DNA of 64,000 nucleotides from Candidatus Zixiibacteriota bacterium. Its GTDB lineage: Bacteria > Zixibacteria > MSB-5A5 > GN15 > JAAZOE01. The stretch covers positions 22,690 through 86,689 of the forward strand of contig JBDREQ010000020.1 of NCBI GenBank assembly GCA_043819555.1, read 5' to 3'. The first letter of the stretch is position 1, and the number at the start of each line of letters is the position of its first letter. The translations under genes were made by a program, and so were the position numbers. The notes under the pieces are model-generated. The model searched no databases and was not told the origin of the DNA. It saw only the letters and a list, made by a program, of their open reading frames with translations. Shown here piece after piece: positions 49,593-59,190 of this stretch.

Positions 49593-50801
49593 ATGCAGAA
49601 TTTTACATTTTATCTTCCAACGAAAATTACTTTCGGCGCCGGGACAATAGATCAGGTCGGAATCGAATCAGTCGCGTTGGGAAAAAGGGCCTTGATTGTC
49701 ACCGGCAAACGATCGGCTTCGGCTTTCGGGATAATTAAACGAGTTACCGATTATCTGGAAAGGGAGGGAATTGAAGCAGTCGTTTTTGATAAGATTGAAC
49801 CGAATCCACGGACGACGACGATTGATGAAGCCGGAGAGCTTGCCCGAACAAATAATTGCGATTTCGTAATCGGTTTGGGCGGTGGTTCGCCGATGGATGC
49901 CGCCAAAGCTATTGCCGTGGCCGCGGTGGAAGCAAAACCTATATGGGAATTCATTCCGCATGGCGCCGGACCAGCCCGACCCATAAAAAGAGCCCTGCCG
50001 ATTCTGGAAATACCCACTTTGGCCGCAACCGGCTCGGAAGCCGATGCCGGCGGCGTTTTTACAAATTGGGAAACTCATGAAAAGGCCGTATTATTCAGTC
50101 CCTTACTATACCCAAAGGTATCAATCATAGACCCGGAACTTACGGTCACGGTACCCAAAGATTATACAGTCGATGGCGGGATAGATATTATTTGTCATGT
50201 CATCGAAGGATTCTTTACTGGAGCCGATAATACTCCGATTCAGGATCGTTTCGCTTTGTCGGTAATCAAAACCGTAATGGAAAACCTGCCTAAAGTAGTC
50301 GAAAACCCGAAAGATATAGAAGCCCGCGCCAATCTATCCTGGGCATCGGCTGTTGCTTTATCCGGCATGGTTAATTCCGGCCGCGGGGGTTCGTTTCCCA
50401 TCCATGCCCTGGAACACTCATTATCGGGACATTATGATATATCTCATGGCCTTGGTTTGGCATTGCTCCTGCCGGCCATAATGGAATATGGTTACAAATC
50501 TAGGCCATCCAAATACGCCATGCTGGCCGAAGAGCTATTTGATATTCATCGTGACGGGCAGACCGATGAACAATTGGCGGAAAAGGCCATCGAGCAAATG
50601 AAGAGATTCTTGAAATCAGTAGGCCGGCTGCTTTCTCTCAAAGACGTTGGTATTAAAAACGACGCAAAATTAGTAAAAATGGCCGACGACGCTCTCAATA
50701 TCTATGGAGTTGATGGTCAATACCTCGACAATCCAAAAAAGCTCTATAAAAATGACATCCTGGCGATTTTTGCCAAGCTGGCAAGCCAGGGTAATAGTTA
50801 A
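49593..50801 (+). CDS. Iron-containing alcohol dehydrogenase (butanol dehydrogenase-like)
   Basis: EPNP, GGGSPMDAAK, TLAATGSE and H.LEH.LS..YDISHG motifs. Confidence 0.92.
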   Translation: MQNFTFYLPTKITFGAGTIDQVGIESVALGKRALIVTGKRSASAFGIIKRVTDYLEREGIEAVVFDKIEPNPRTTTIDEAGELARTNNCDFVIGLGGGSPMDAAKAIAVAAVEAKPIWEFIPHGAGPARPIKRALPILEIPTLAATGSEADAGGVFTNWETHEKAVLFSPLLYPKVSIIDPELTVTVPKDYTVDGGIDIICHVIEGFFTGADNTPIQDRFALSVIKTVMENLPKVVENPKDIEARANLSWASAVALSGMVNSGRGGSFPIHALEHSLSGHYDISHGLGLALLLPAIMEYGYKSRPSKYAMLAEELFDIHRDGQTDEQLAEKAIEQMKRFLKSVGRLLSLKDVGIKNDAKLVKMADDALNIYGVDGQYLDNPKKLYKNDILAIFAKLASQGNS

Positions 50802-50964
50802 TCGGTAATGCAACAGCCTAATATGTATGAGTATAGAAAGCGGGATTGCCGCTCAGAAAGTTCAGGAAAACGGTTGCTATCTCAAACAATTTAGCATATT
50901 TTTTGTTTAATGATATTTGGAATGTGATGCGAAGGTCGCATATGCCGATAAAAAGGAGTAGGAA

Positions 50965-51282
50965 TTGAATATACCGATATTATTGTCCAATCCGCCCGCA
51001 GGAAGCGAGGGCGGGGCGGGATCAATGCTGGTGTCGCTTGGTCCGATTGTATTGATTTTTGTGATTTTTTATTTGCTTCTTATAAGACCCCAGCAAAAAA
51101 GACAGAAAGAACATCAAAAACTTGTTGCGGCTCTTAAAAAGGGTGACAAAGTCGTTACTAACAGCGGGTTATACGGAGTAATATCATCCATTAACGATGA
51201 GAAAAATATTGTTGTCCTAAAAATAGCTGAGGACGTAAAAGTTGAGTTTACAAGATCTTCCGTTGCCGGTAAGATCGAATAA
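50965..51282 (+). CDS. yajC: Preprotein translocase subunit YajC
   Basis: FYLLLIRPQQKRQK..LKKGDKVVT.SGLYG; AAGGAG RBS with TTG start. Confidence 0.95.
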   Translation: MNIPILLSNPPAGSEGGAGSMLVSLGPIVLIFVIFYLLLIRPQQKRQKEHQKLVAALKKGDKVVTNSGLYGVISSINDEKNIVVLKIAEDVKVEFTRSSVAGKIE

Positions 51283-51301
51283 TTGAATTTATGGAGCAGT
51301 A

Positions 51302-51808
51302 ATGGCGATAAGACCGATTTTGAAATATGGTGAGCAGGTCTTACGAGAAGTCGCAAAACCGGTGGAACAAATTACCGCCGATATTAAAGAAATTGTGGCT
51401 AGATTAAAGGCCACTTTAAAAGATGCCAAAGGGCTGGGATTGGCGGCGCCTCAAATAGGCGAATCGCTGCGAATATTTGTAGTTGATTTATCGGTGGTGG
51501 ATTTAACTGCCGAAACAACCGTATTTATTAACCCGGAAATATTGGAAACATCCGGCTCGATTGAGTTTGAAGAAGGATGCCTGTCTTTCCCGGGAATTTA
51601 TCAGCGATTGACCCGTCCGGAACGGGTAAAAGTCAAAGCTCTTGACGAAAATGGCAAAGAATTTTTTCTGGAAGCCGACGGATTAGCCGCTCGAGCCATC
51701 CAGCATGAATATGATCACCTGGATGGGGTTTTATTCATAGACCATTTTTCCGCCATAAGCCGGGCATTAATTGACCGCAGACTCAAAAGATTGGCAAAAT
51801 CCGCATAG
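51302..51808 (+). CDS. def: Peptide deformylase
   Basis: GLAAPQ, EGCLS and QHEYDHL motifs. Confidence 0.97.
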   Translation: MAIRPILKYGEQVLREVAKPVEQITADIKEIVARLKATLKDAKGLGLAAPQIGESLRIFVVDLSVVDLTAETTVFINPEILETSGSIEFEEGCLSFPGIYQRLTRPERVKVKALDENGKEFFLEADGLAARAIQHEYDHLDGVLFIDHFSAISRALIDRRLKRLAKSA

Positions 51809-51839
51809 ATTCCAGTCTTATCGCTTTGCTGACAATTGA

Positions 51840-52793
51840 ATGAAAATTGTGTTCATGGGAACACCGGAGTTCGCCTGTGAAGGACTCGTGACTCTGGCTA
51901 ATTCCTCTCATGAGGTGGCGGCAATTGTCACCGTGCCGGATAAAAAATCCGGTCGCGGGCAAAAACTATCGCCTTGCGAAGTAAAAATCAAGGCTCTCGA
52001 TATGGGCTTTAAGGTTTTCCAGCCGGAAAACCTTAAAGAGGATTCTTTCATTGATGAAATGAAAACGATCGGGGCTGATTTATTTGTCGTCATTGCTTTT
52101 CGAATTCTTCCCAAAAAGCTCTATTCCCTTCCGTCGTTGGGAGCAATAAACATCCACGCCTCAATTTTGCCCAAATATAGGGGCGCGGCGCCGATAAATC
52201 ACGCCATTCTTAATGGCGAAACAGAAACAGGACTGACTTCATTTTTCCTGGCGGGAAAAATCGACGCCGGCAAGATTATTGATCAGGAAAAAGTGAAAAT
52301 TGGACCTGATGAAAACTTCACATCTGTCTATAATCGCCTGTCGCAATTGTCAGGTCCCTTTCTTCTGCGGACTCTGGATAAGATAGAGAATCAGGAATTT
52401 TCACCAATCGAACAGGACAATTCGAAAGTTTCTCCGGCGCCGAAAATTTCACCCGAAGATTGCTTGATTGATTGGAATAAAAAGGCGACAGAAATTCATA
52501 ATCAAATTCGGGCGTTTTCGGAAAAACCTGGAGCATACTCATATTTTGATAACAAAAAACTCAAAGTATTGGCATCCCGTATTGAAATCGAAGAGGAGGT
52601 CAAAAAATTATCGTCAGGTCAAATTTGTGCGCATGAAAAGAATTTATACGCGGGTACCGGAGATGGTCTCCTGCGCATTTTAAGACTTCAACCGGAGGGG
52701 AAAAAGATTGTCGATGCGCCGGCATTCATTAACGGTTATATGACAGCAGAACCAAAACAAATGACAAACGAGTGGAAGGAGGTGATTAAATGA
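51840..52793 (+). CDS. fmt: Methionyl-tRNA formyltransferase
   Basis: FMGTPEFA and NIHASILPKYRGAAPI motifs; follows def. Confidence 0.97.
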   Translation: MKIVFMGTPEFACEGLVTLANSSHEVAAIVTVPDKKSGRGQKLSPCEVKIKALDMGFKVFQPENLKEDSFIDEMKTIGADLFVVIAFRILPKKLYSLPSLGAINIHASILPKYRGAAPINHAILNGETETGLTSFFLAGKIDAGKIIDQEKVKIGPDENFTSVYNRLSQLSGPFLLRTLDKIENQEFSPIEQDNSKVSPAPKISPEDCLIDWNKKATEIHNQIRAFSEKPGAYSYFDNKKLKVLASRIEIEEEVKKLSSGQICAHEKNLYAGTGDGLLRILRLQPEGKKIVDAPAFINGYMTAEPKQMTNEWKEVIK

Positions 52794-54322
52794 AAAAAGA
52801 AATTATTGTCAATTCCACCCAGTATGAAACCCGGGTCGCGCTTCTCGAAGATGATAAGTTAGTTGAGCTCCTTGTGAAAGGAGCCGACGAACATCGCTAT
52901 GTCGGGAATATTTTCAAGGGCCGGATCAAAACCGTCCTGCCGGGTATGCAGGCGGCCTTTGTTGATATCGGTATGGATAAGGCGGCTTTTTTGCATGCTT
53001 CGGATATCGGTAAAATTGGCGGAGGCTACTATGAATACGACGAAGACGAAGAAGCGCCCGCGGATATTGTCCGCAAAACAAGATTCGCCGGCATCGAGAC
53101 GGTTGTCAAAGAAGATCAGGAAATACTTGTCCAGGTCATAAAAGAGCCGATTTCAACTAAGGGACCGCGCGTCTCATCCGAGATTTCCATTGCCGGGCGA
53201 TACGTTGTTCTCGTCCCCGATGATCAAGGTGTCCGAGTTTCAAAGAAAATTTCCGATTGGGGAGAAAAGAAAAGGCTCCGTTCTATCGTCAGAGAATTGA
53301 GGCCGGAAGGATTCGGATTTATTATCCGTACCGAAGCTGAAGGACGAACCGAATCGGATTTTAAATCCGATATCAAGCGGCTTTTGAAGTACTGGCAGCA
53401 GCTCAAAAAACGGGCCGACCGGCTCGAACCTCCGGCGCTATTGCACCAGGAAATGAGCATGATAACCGGAATCATTCGTGATTTATACTCCGATGACGTT
53501 GAAGCGCTGGTGGTCGATAATCGCACCGTTTACCGTGAAGTTCTGTCTTTTGTCCGGGAAATAGCACCGGCCCTTAAAGGACGGGTAAAATTATATCGTG
53601 ATAAAACTCCGGTTTTTGACCATTATAATATCGAGCCGGAAATCGAAAAAATGATTGACCGTAAGGTCTGGATTAAGAAAGGCGCGTATCTGATAATTGA
53701 CCAGACCGAGGCAATGGTCACAATTGATGTAAATACCGGACGCTTTGTCGGCCGTAAAGATCAGGAATCAACGATACTGAGAACCAATCTCGACGCCGCC
53801 CGCGAAGTCGCGCGCCAAATCAGGCTGCGTGATATCGGCGGTTTGATTGTTATCGACTTTATCGATATGTATAGCCGTGAAAATCGGCGCAAACTTTATG
53901 ATCATTATTGTCATCACCTAAGAAATGATCGGGCCAAACGAGCGGTTACTCCCGTTTCGGATTTTGGTTTGATTGAGATGACGCGCGAAAGAATAAGGCC
54001 GTCTTTGATGACGGCTCTGTCTGACCCATGTCCGCACTGCAACGGATTGGGCCGCGTCTTATCAAGACAGACAATGTCGACCAAAATAGAAAGATGGTTC
54101 CTGAGAGCCAAGGTCGATAATACGCAGAAACGATTCAACCTGATCGTAAATCCCGAACTGGCCGATTTTATAACTGATGGCGAGACCAATCGCGTCGCCA
54201 AAATGGCCAATCGCCATCGTTTCCATATCAATCTTGTCCGCGATACCACTATTTCGCTGCAGACTTTTATGGTTACTGATGCTACAACCGGTGAAGATTT
54301 GACCGCATCCAACGCGGCTTAG
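52790..54322 (+). CDS. rng: Rne/Rng family ribonuclease (RNase G-sized)
   Basis: PGMQAAFVDIG, KEPI..KG.R, IDVNTG, QIRLRDIGGLIVIDFIDM and CPHC.G.G motifs. Confidence 0.92.
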   Translation: MKKEIIVNSTQYETRVALLEDDKLVELLVKGADEHRYVGNIFKGRIKTVLPGMQAAFVDIGMDKAAFLHASDIGKIGGGYYEYDEDEEAPADIVRKTRFAGIETVVKEDQEILVQVIKEPISTKGPRVSSEISIAGRYVVLVPDDQGVRVSKKISDWGEKKRLRSIVRELRPEGFGFIIRTEAEGRTESDFKSDIKRLLKYWQQLKKRADRLEPPALLHQEMSMITGIIRDLYSDDVEALVVDNRTVYREVLSFVREIAPALKGRVKLYRDKTPVFDHYNIEPEIEKMIDRKVWIKKGAYLIIDQTEAMVTIDVNTGRFVGRKDQESTILRTNLDAAREVARQIRLRDIGGLIVIDFIDMYSRENRRKLYDHYCHHLRNDRAKRAVTPVSDFGLIEMTRERIRPSLMTALSDPCPHCNGLGRVLSRQTMSTKIERWFLRAKVDNTQKRFNLIVNPELADFITDGETNRVAKMANRHRFHINLVRDTTISLQTFMVTDATTGEDLTASNAA

Positions 54323-54343
54323 ATTTAGTCATCATATAAACAT

Positions 54344-54374
54344 AAGGGAAGCCTTTTTCAGGCTTCCCTTTTTT
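54344..54374 (+). terminator. Intrinsic terminator of yajC-def-fmt-rng
   Basis: AAGGGAAGCCT-TTTTC-AGGCTTCCCTT followed by TTTT. Confidence 0.85.
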
Positions 54375-54465
54375 AACTAAATATTTCATTTCACACGTAT
54401 AAAGTACAAATCTGCGCATTTCCAAAACTTCTTGACTATAAATCACTTTCGATTAAATTCCCGTA

Positions 54466-55335
54466 ATGAGTACGCTGATTTATATCTTCCTCTGTATTGT
54501 CTGGGGCACTACATGGCTGGCAATCAAGTTGGGGCTTCAGGAAATGCCACCTTTTTTCGGCGCATTTATTCGGATGTTATTGGCCGCCCTATTGCTCCTC
54601 GTTTACAATCAAATCACACATCAGGCGATTTCTGGCAATTGGCGTGAAAAATTAAAAATCGCCTGGCCCGGTTTGTTTATTGTTGGCATATCCTATGCCC
54701 TGGCCTATTTTGGAATGCAGTATGTTAATTCCGGTATGGCGGCGGTTTTGTTTGCCACGATTCCGCTCTTTGTTGTTATCATTTCACCGTTAATGAATAA
54801 ATCCGACAGGATAACTACCCAATCGATAATTGGCGTTTTTATTGGCTTCGGCGGCATTATAGTAATATTCAATGGCTCAATAGCGTTAAATGAACATTCA
54901 ATCCTGGGGTCAATGTTATTTTTATCATCTTCCGCGATCGCCGGATTCTTCACTGTCTATCAAAAAGTTTATCTGACAAAGATTCCCATTGCGCCTATGC
55001 TTGCCTGGCAATTTTCTTTTGGAGGATTGATTCTTTTGATTCTGTCAATGCTGACCGAACCGTGGTCCGGAATTAATATCGGTATGACCGGCGCGGGAAG
55101 TATATTATATTTAACTCTCTTTGGTTCAATCTTATGTTTCGCCGGTTATTACTGGCTTTTAAGGCGCTTCAGCGCATTGTCAATGTCAATGATCGCCTTT
55201 ATTACGCCAATTACGGCGCTGATTGCCGGATATTTAGTTTTGGATGAAAAGCTTGATTTGAATGATGGCCTGGGATCAATACTGGTGCTGGCCAGTATAT
55301 TAATTGTCAATCTCAAAAAGAAACTAAGGTTTTAA
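54466..55335 (+). CDS. EamA/DMT family transporter
   Basis: 10 TMs; VWGTTWLAIK motif; two-repeat structure. Confidence 0.9.
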   Translation: MSTLIYIFLCIVWGTTWLAIKLGLQEMPPFFGAFIRMLLAALLLLVYNQITHQAISGNWREKLKIAWPGLFIVGISYALAYFGMQYVNSGMAAVLFATIPLFVVIISPLMNKSDRITTQSIIGVFIGFGGIIVIFNGSIALNEHSILGSMLFLSSSAIAGFFTVYQKVYLTKIPIAPMLAWQFSFGGLILLILSMLTEPWSGINIGMTGAGSILYLTLFGSILCFAGYYWLLRRFSALSMSMIAFITPITALIAGYLVLDEKLDLNDGLGSILVLASILIVNLKKKLRF

Positions 55336-56268
55336 ACGGGGGAATCGTTCCTTTGACATTATTAACCCATCATTTCCGCCAATAAAAATTTTGTTTTCCG
55401 TGATGCAAACCGTTTTCAAATCCGTATCGATTCCGCAATGACTTATCGTAAAACGGTCACCGCTGTCATTAAAAAATAGTACCAGTCCGTCTTCACCAAC
55501 GCCGACTCCGGAAAATTTATCAAATATCTCAACGGCGAAAAGACTCTTGGTTATTCCCAAATCGATCTCTTCCCAATTGCGTCCATGATCGAAAGTTCGG
55601 GCAAAAAATCCCTTGCTCCCGACTATAAATCCCCAGTCATCGATAAAATCAAAACCCCAGGCTAAACGACTGCCGCTATATTTTCCGGGAAAAAAATGAA
55701 TTCCCTTACTTATTGAGTGAAAAGCCGTTTTGGACGCCAGAAGATAGATTTTTTGGGGCGGCTGAACAACGAGATCAGTATAGCCGTTGCCAAGATGTTT
55801 CTTCTTTAGCCAGGTTTTTCCCGAGTCATAAGTCTGATAGGCAACCCCCACGGTTTTAGACATACTGTTTTGGTCAGTGCCACAGACAATTGTGCTGGTA
55901 TCGTTGACCATCCCTATCGCAACGAAATTAAATTTAATGTTTTGTGACATATCGACCCAGGTTGCGCCCCGATTGCCGGTCTTCATTATAAGTCCGCGGT
56001 CGCCGGTTAAGTACCCGACCTGCCCTCTCATATCAATATCGTTTATTGTGCGTTTGGAAATTTCCTTTACCTGCCAACTGTTTCCACCGTCCCAGGTGGA
56101 TAGCAATTCACCTGCGGAAGTCACCGCCCAGCCGTAATGGGGGCCATCAAAATATATTTTATTTATAGTCGCGGTTGTGGGGATATCAACTTTTTCAAAG
56201 TCGGCTCCGCCGGATATCCCATAAGCTAAGATTAAAAACAGCATTATCGGAAGTCGAATGATATTCAT
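55324..56268 (-). CDS. Secreted YCF48/BNR-repeat beta-propeller protein
   Basis: Signal peptide; repeats T.DGG.SW, T.N.GATW, T.DSG.TW and T.DHG.NW. Confidence 0.8.
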   Translation of the reverse strand: MNIIRLPIMLFLILAYGISGGADFEKVDIPTTATINKIYFDGPHYGWAVTSAGELLSTWDGGNSWQVKEISKRTINDIDMRGQVGYLTGDRGLIMKTGNRGATWVDMSQNIKFNFVAIGMVNDTSTIVCGTDQNSMSKTVGVAYQTYDSGKTWLKKKHLGNGYTDLVVQPPQKIYLLASKTAFHSISKGIHFFPGKYSGSRLAWGFDFIDDWGFIVGSKGFFARTFDHGRNWEEIDLGITKSLFAVEIFDKFSGVGVGEDGLVLFFNDSGDRFTISHCGIDTDLKTVCITENKIFIGGNDGLIMSKERFPRLKP

Positions 56269-56321
56269 ACTTTCTCCATTTTAATCTTGTAAACATTTCG
56301 CCGGCTTATTAACATTTCCTT

Positions 56322-56350
56322 AATGTAGTACATGTAAACGACTCTGTCAA
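56322..56350 (-). promoter_or_regulatory. Putative sigma70 promoter for the YCF48-like gene
   Basis: TTGACA, 17-nt spacer, TACATT. Confidence 0.55.
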
Positions 56351-56513
56351 ATTATCCGACAGTTGCGGCGCCTTTTTATGGGCACATGTACTGGTTATAC
56401 AAAAATTATCGGCCGTAAATCCCGTTTTTTTCGGCTCTCCTGTAATATCTTTGTAGAAATATCGGATATTGAACAGGGGATAGGCCGGGAATACAGAAAT
56501 AAGGAATATCTAT

Positions 56514-57167
56514 TTGCTAAGCATAAAGGATGTATGCTTTTCATTTGGTCACCAGGAAATTTTTAATGGATTGACCTTTGAATTAAAGCGAGGGAATTAT
56601 CTTGTAATTTCCGGTTCCGACCGGGCCGGAAAAACGACTTTGGTAAAGATGCTTACGGCCATGATTTTACCGGATTCAGGGGAGATTTTAATTGATGGCG
56701 AGTTTCTCGATGAAATAGCCCGTTCCAAAACCAGGATCCGCAAACTGCGCCAGAAGATTGGAGGCGTTGGGGGAGTTTTTTCACTTCTCAATGATCGCAC
56801 CATTCTTGAAAATGTCTCGTTATCGGCTGAGATTTGCGGCATTCCTGCCCGTAAAGCCCGCAAATACGCCGTCGAAGCATGTTGCAAATTTCGCCTCAGC
56901 CATGTCATGTCCTATTATCCCGATGCTGTCTCAAAAGTGGAACAAAGGATGGCGCTTTTGGCCCGCGCTGCCGCCGCCCGAAAGGAATTGATAATTGCCG
57001 ATGCCCCCACCGACGGTCTGGACGAAAGTGCGGCTGGTTTTATCAACGAACGATTGCAGGCGCTTAGACTTTCCGGGATATCGATTTTATATTTAACAAC
57101 CGGCCCCGGCCCCCAAAGCGGCCCTGATGAATACTTGCATCTCAAGGCGGGGAGGGTCGATAAATGA
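56514..57167 (+). CDS. ftsE: FtsE-like ABC ATPase-fold protein with degenerate catalytic motifs
   Basis: GSDRAGKTT and LRQKIG..LLNDRTILENV motifs; directly upstream of ftsX and envC. Confidence 0.7.
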   Translation: MLSIKDVCFSFGHQEIFNGLTFELKRGNYLVISGSDRAGKTTLVKMLTAMILPDSGEILIDGEFLDEIARSKTRIRKLRQKIGGVGGVFSLLNDRTILENVSLSAEICGIPARKARKYAVEACCKFRLSHVMSYYPDAVSKVEQRMALLARAAAARKELIIADAPTDGLDESAAGFINERLQALRLSGISILYLTTGPGPQSGPDEYLHLKAGRVDK

Positions 57168-58018
57168 ATGCCGCAAAGCAACTCGTATGGCAGATTTATA
57201 AACACGCTGGACGAGAAAAAAGACTGTCACTGGGTTCATTTTTGGTCATCCTGATAGTCTTAATGATGGTCGATTTTTTTTGGATCGCTACGATCAATAT
57301 AAACAGCCATTATGATTCCCTGATAAGAACAGTTAAAATGGAAGTTTTTGTCGCCGATGACTATCCCGACAGTCTGCTTTCGATGCTTGAGATTACATTT
57401 TATGAATTGGCAGATATTGCCGCCACAGAATATATTTCCAGGGAAGATGCCGCCCGCATCCTTGAAACCGATTTGGGACCGGAATTTATGGGGGGACTAG
57501 ACGAAAATCCTCTTCCGCGATCAATAATCATTAATTTTAAGGAAGGAAAAACGCTAAATGAGTTGGATGAAATAGCGGCCGCAATAAATCGTTTGGAAAG
57601 CGTGCAGGCGGTCGATTTTGGGCGCACCTGGATTGAGAAGGTCGAAAACTTTGGACGCAATCTCAGTCGAATCGGTTATTTCATCGGAGGACTAATCTTA
57701 ATCGTAGTATTGCTGACGATGGCAAACACAAACCGTCTGACTGCCCGAACCAAATCGAGTGAGTTTTTACAACTAAGGTTATTGGGGGCCGGACCATCAT
57801 ATCTCCTGTATCCATTTTTAGCCGAGGGATTCTTTTCGGCCTTAATCGCCGCGATAATGGGATGGTTGGTTATAATCTACTTATCACAGCAGATTACTTT
57901 TGAGGAATTTGATTTAATCTTTCCTAATTTTGAACAACTCGCGATCTATTGTCTTGCGGCTGCAGTGACCGGGATGATAGGAGCTTATCTGGGTATTCGC
58001 AGGTTTTTACTGTTATGA
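57164..58018 (+). CDS. ftsX: Cell division permease FtsX
   Basis: 4 TMs; YISREDA, NPLPRS and LLGA....L.YPFL.EG motifs. Confidence 0.88.
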   Translation: MNAAKQLVWQIYKHAGREKRLSLGSFLVILIVLMMVDFFWIATININSHYDSLIRTVKMEVFVADDYPDSLLSMLEITFYELADIAATEYISREDAARILETDLGPEFMGGLDENPLPRSIIINFKEGKTLNELDEIAAAINRLESVQAVDFGRTWIEKVENFGRNLSRIGYFIGGLILIVVLLTMANTNRLTARTKSSEFLQLRLLGAGPSYLLYPFLAEGFFSALIAAIMGWLVIIYLSQQITFEEFDLIFPNFEQLAIYCLAAAVTGMIGAYLGIRRFLLL

Positions 58019-59190
58019 TGAAAACTGCTCTTTATAAGGTAGTTATCTTTACTCTCTTGGGCATCACCTCAGCATTCGCCGATGATGATAATTCTAAAAT
58101 TCATGATAACAGAAAGGAACTCGACGAATTAAAACAGCAAATATCCAGAACCAGGAACAAAATTGACAGCCTGCAAAATATTGAATCGAGCATTTCCAAA
58201 TCCATCTCATCCTATGGAGATAATGTCAGCCGCAACAAAACTCTGGTTGATAAATTGGGTCAGAATCTTAGAAAAGTACGCGGAGAATTATCAAAAAACA
58301 AGCAGGACATGATCTTAACCGAGGATCGATTAAATCGCATTAAAGAGGGATATATTGAACTCCTGAAAGACTATTATATCCATCGACGAAGCGGGACCGA
58401 AGATGTCGGTTGGGATTTTGATATCCTACTGTCAAAAAACCGCCTTTCGAAGTATCTGGCCTCAATTTCAAACGCATCGACTTATAAAATCACAATGGCC
58501 GATGATTCCGTTAGGCGCCTGACCACTCAGGTCGATAGTTTATCCCGCCAAGATTCACAAATAAATCGAATGCGGGAAGAAAAAAAATCAAAGATAAATT
58601 TGGATCTGGCCCTGAAGGAAAAGGAAGAAAAAAGCCTCAATATTGTACGCCGACAAACCAATATGATGCGCGACCGTTTCGAGTCCCTCTCCGAGATGGC
58701 TCAACAAATGGAGGAGATTATCGCTCAGCTCGAAAGGGAACATGAGAGAAAACGGCAGGAGGGCAAAACGATTCCCAGATTTGCATCCGGTTCATTTGCG
58801 ACCTTGAAAGGACTTATCAGCCCGCCCGTTAAGGGCCGTATTGTCTCAACCTTTGGATGGAAAGTCAACAAGACTACTAATCTGAAATCATTTTCGCCCG
58901 GAATTGACATCGCTCCCAAGCAGGGGCATAAAGAAATTCATGTTGGGGCGCCGGGGCGAGTCGCCTATGTTGGAAACCTCCGAGGCTATAGCAATTTTGT
59001 GATTGTTGAGCATGACGACGGCTATTATACTACTTATGCCGGCATGGTTTCAGTCAATGTCGAAACCGATGATATTATTTTGAACGGCGATAAGCTGGGC
59101 GTATGCGGAAGTAATAACATTCATTTTGAACTACGTCGGGAACGAGAACATCTCGACCCCGTAATCTGGTTGAATCTCGATGAATTTTAG
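58015..59190 (+). CDS. envC: EnvC-like murein hydrolase activator (coiled coil + degenerate M23)
   Basis: Signal peptide, long coiled coil, PVKGRIVSTFG..GIDI..G.V.Y.G.LRGY..HFELR..DP; ATGA overlap with ftsX. Confidence 0.85.
   Translation: MMKTALYKVVIFTLLGITSAFADDDNSKIHDNRKELDELKQQISRTRNKIDSLQNIESSISKSISSYGDNVSRNKTLVDKLGQNLRKVRGELSKNKQDMILTEDRLNRIKEGYIELLKDYYIHRRSGTEDVGWDFDILLSKNRLSKYLASISNASTYKITMADDSVRRLTTQVDSLSRQDSQINRMREEKKSKINLDLALKEKEEKSLNIVRRQTNMMRDRFESLSEMAQQMEEIIAQLEREHERKRQEGKTIPRFASGSFATLKGLISPPVKGRIVSTFGWKVNKTTNLKSFSPGIDIAPKQGHKEIHVGAPGRVAYVGNLRGYSNFVIVEHDDGYYTTYAGMVSVNVETDDIILNGDKLGVCGSNNIHFELRREREHLDPVIWLNLDEF

Noticed and set aside
58015-59190. Missing zinc ligands in the EnvC M23 domain
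   Set aside because: A degenerate LytM domain is normal for EnvC
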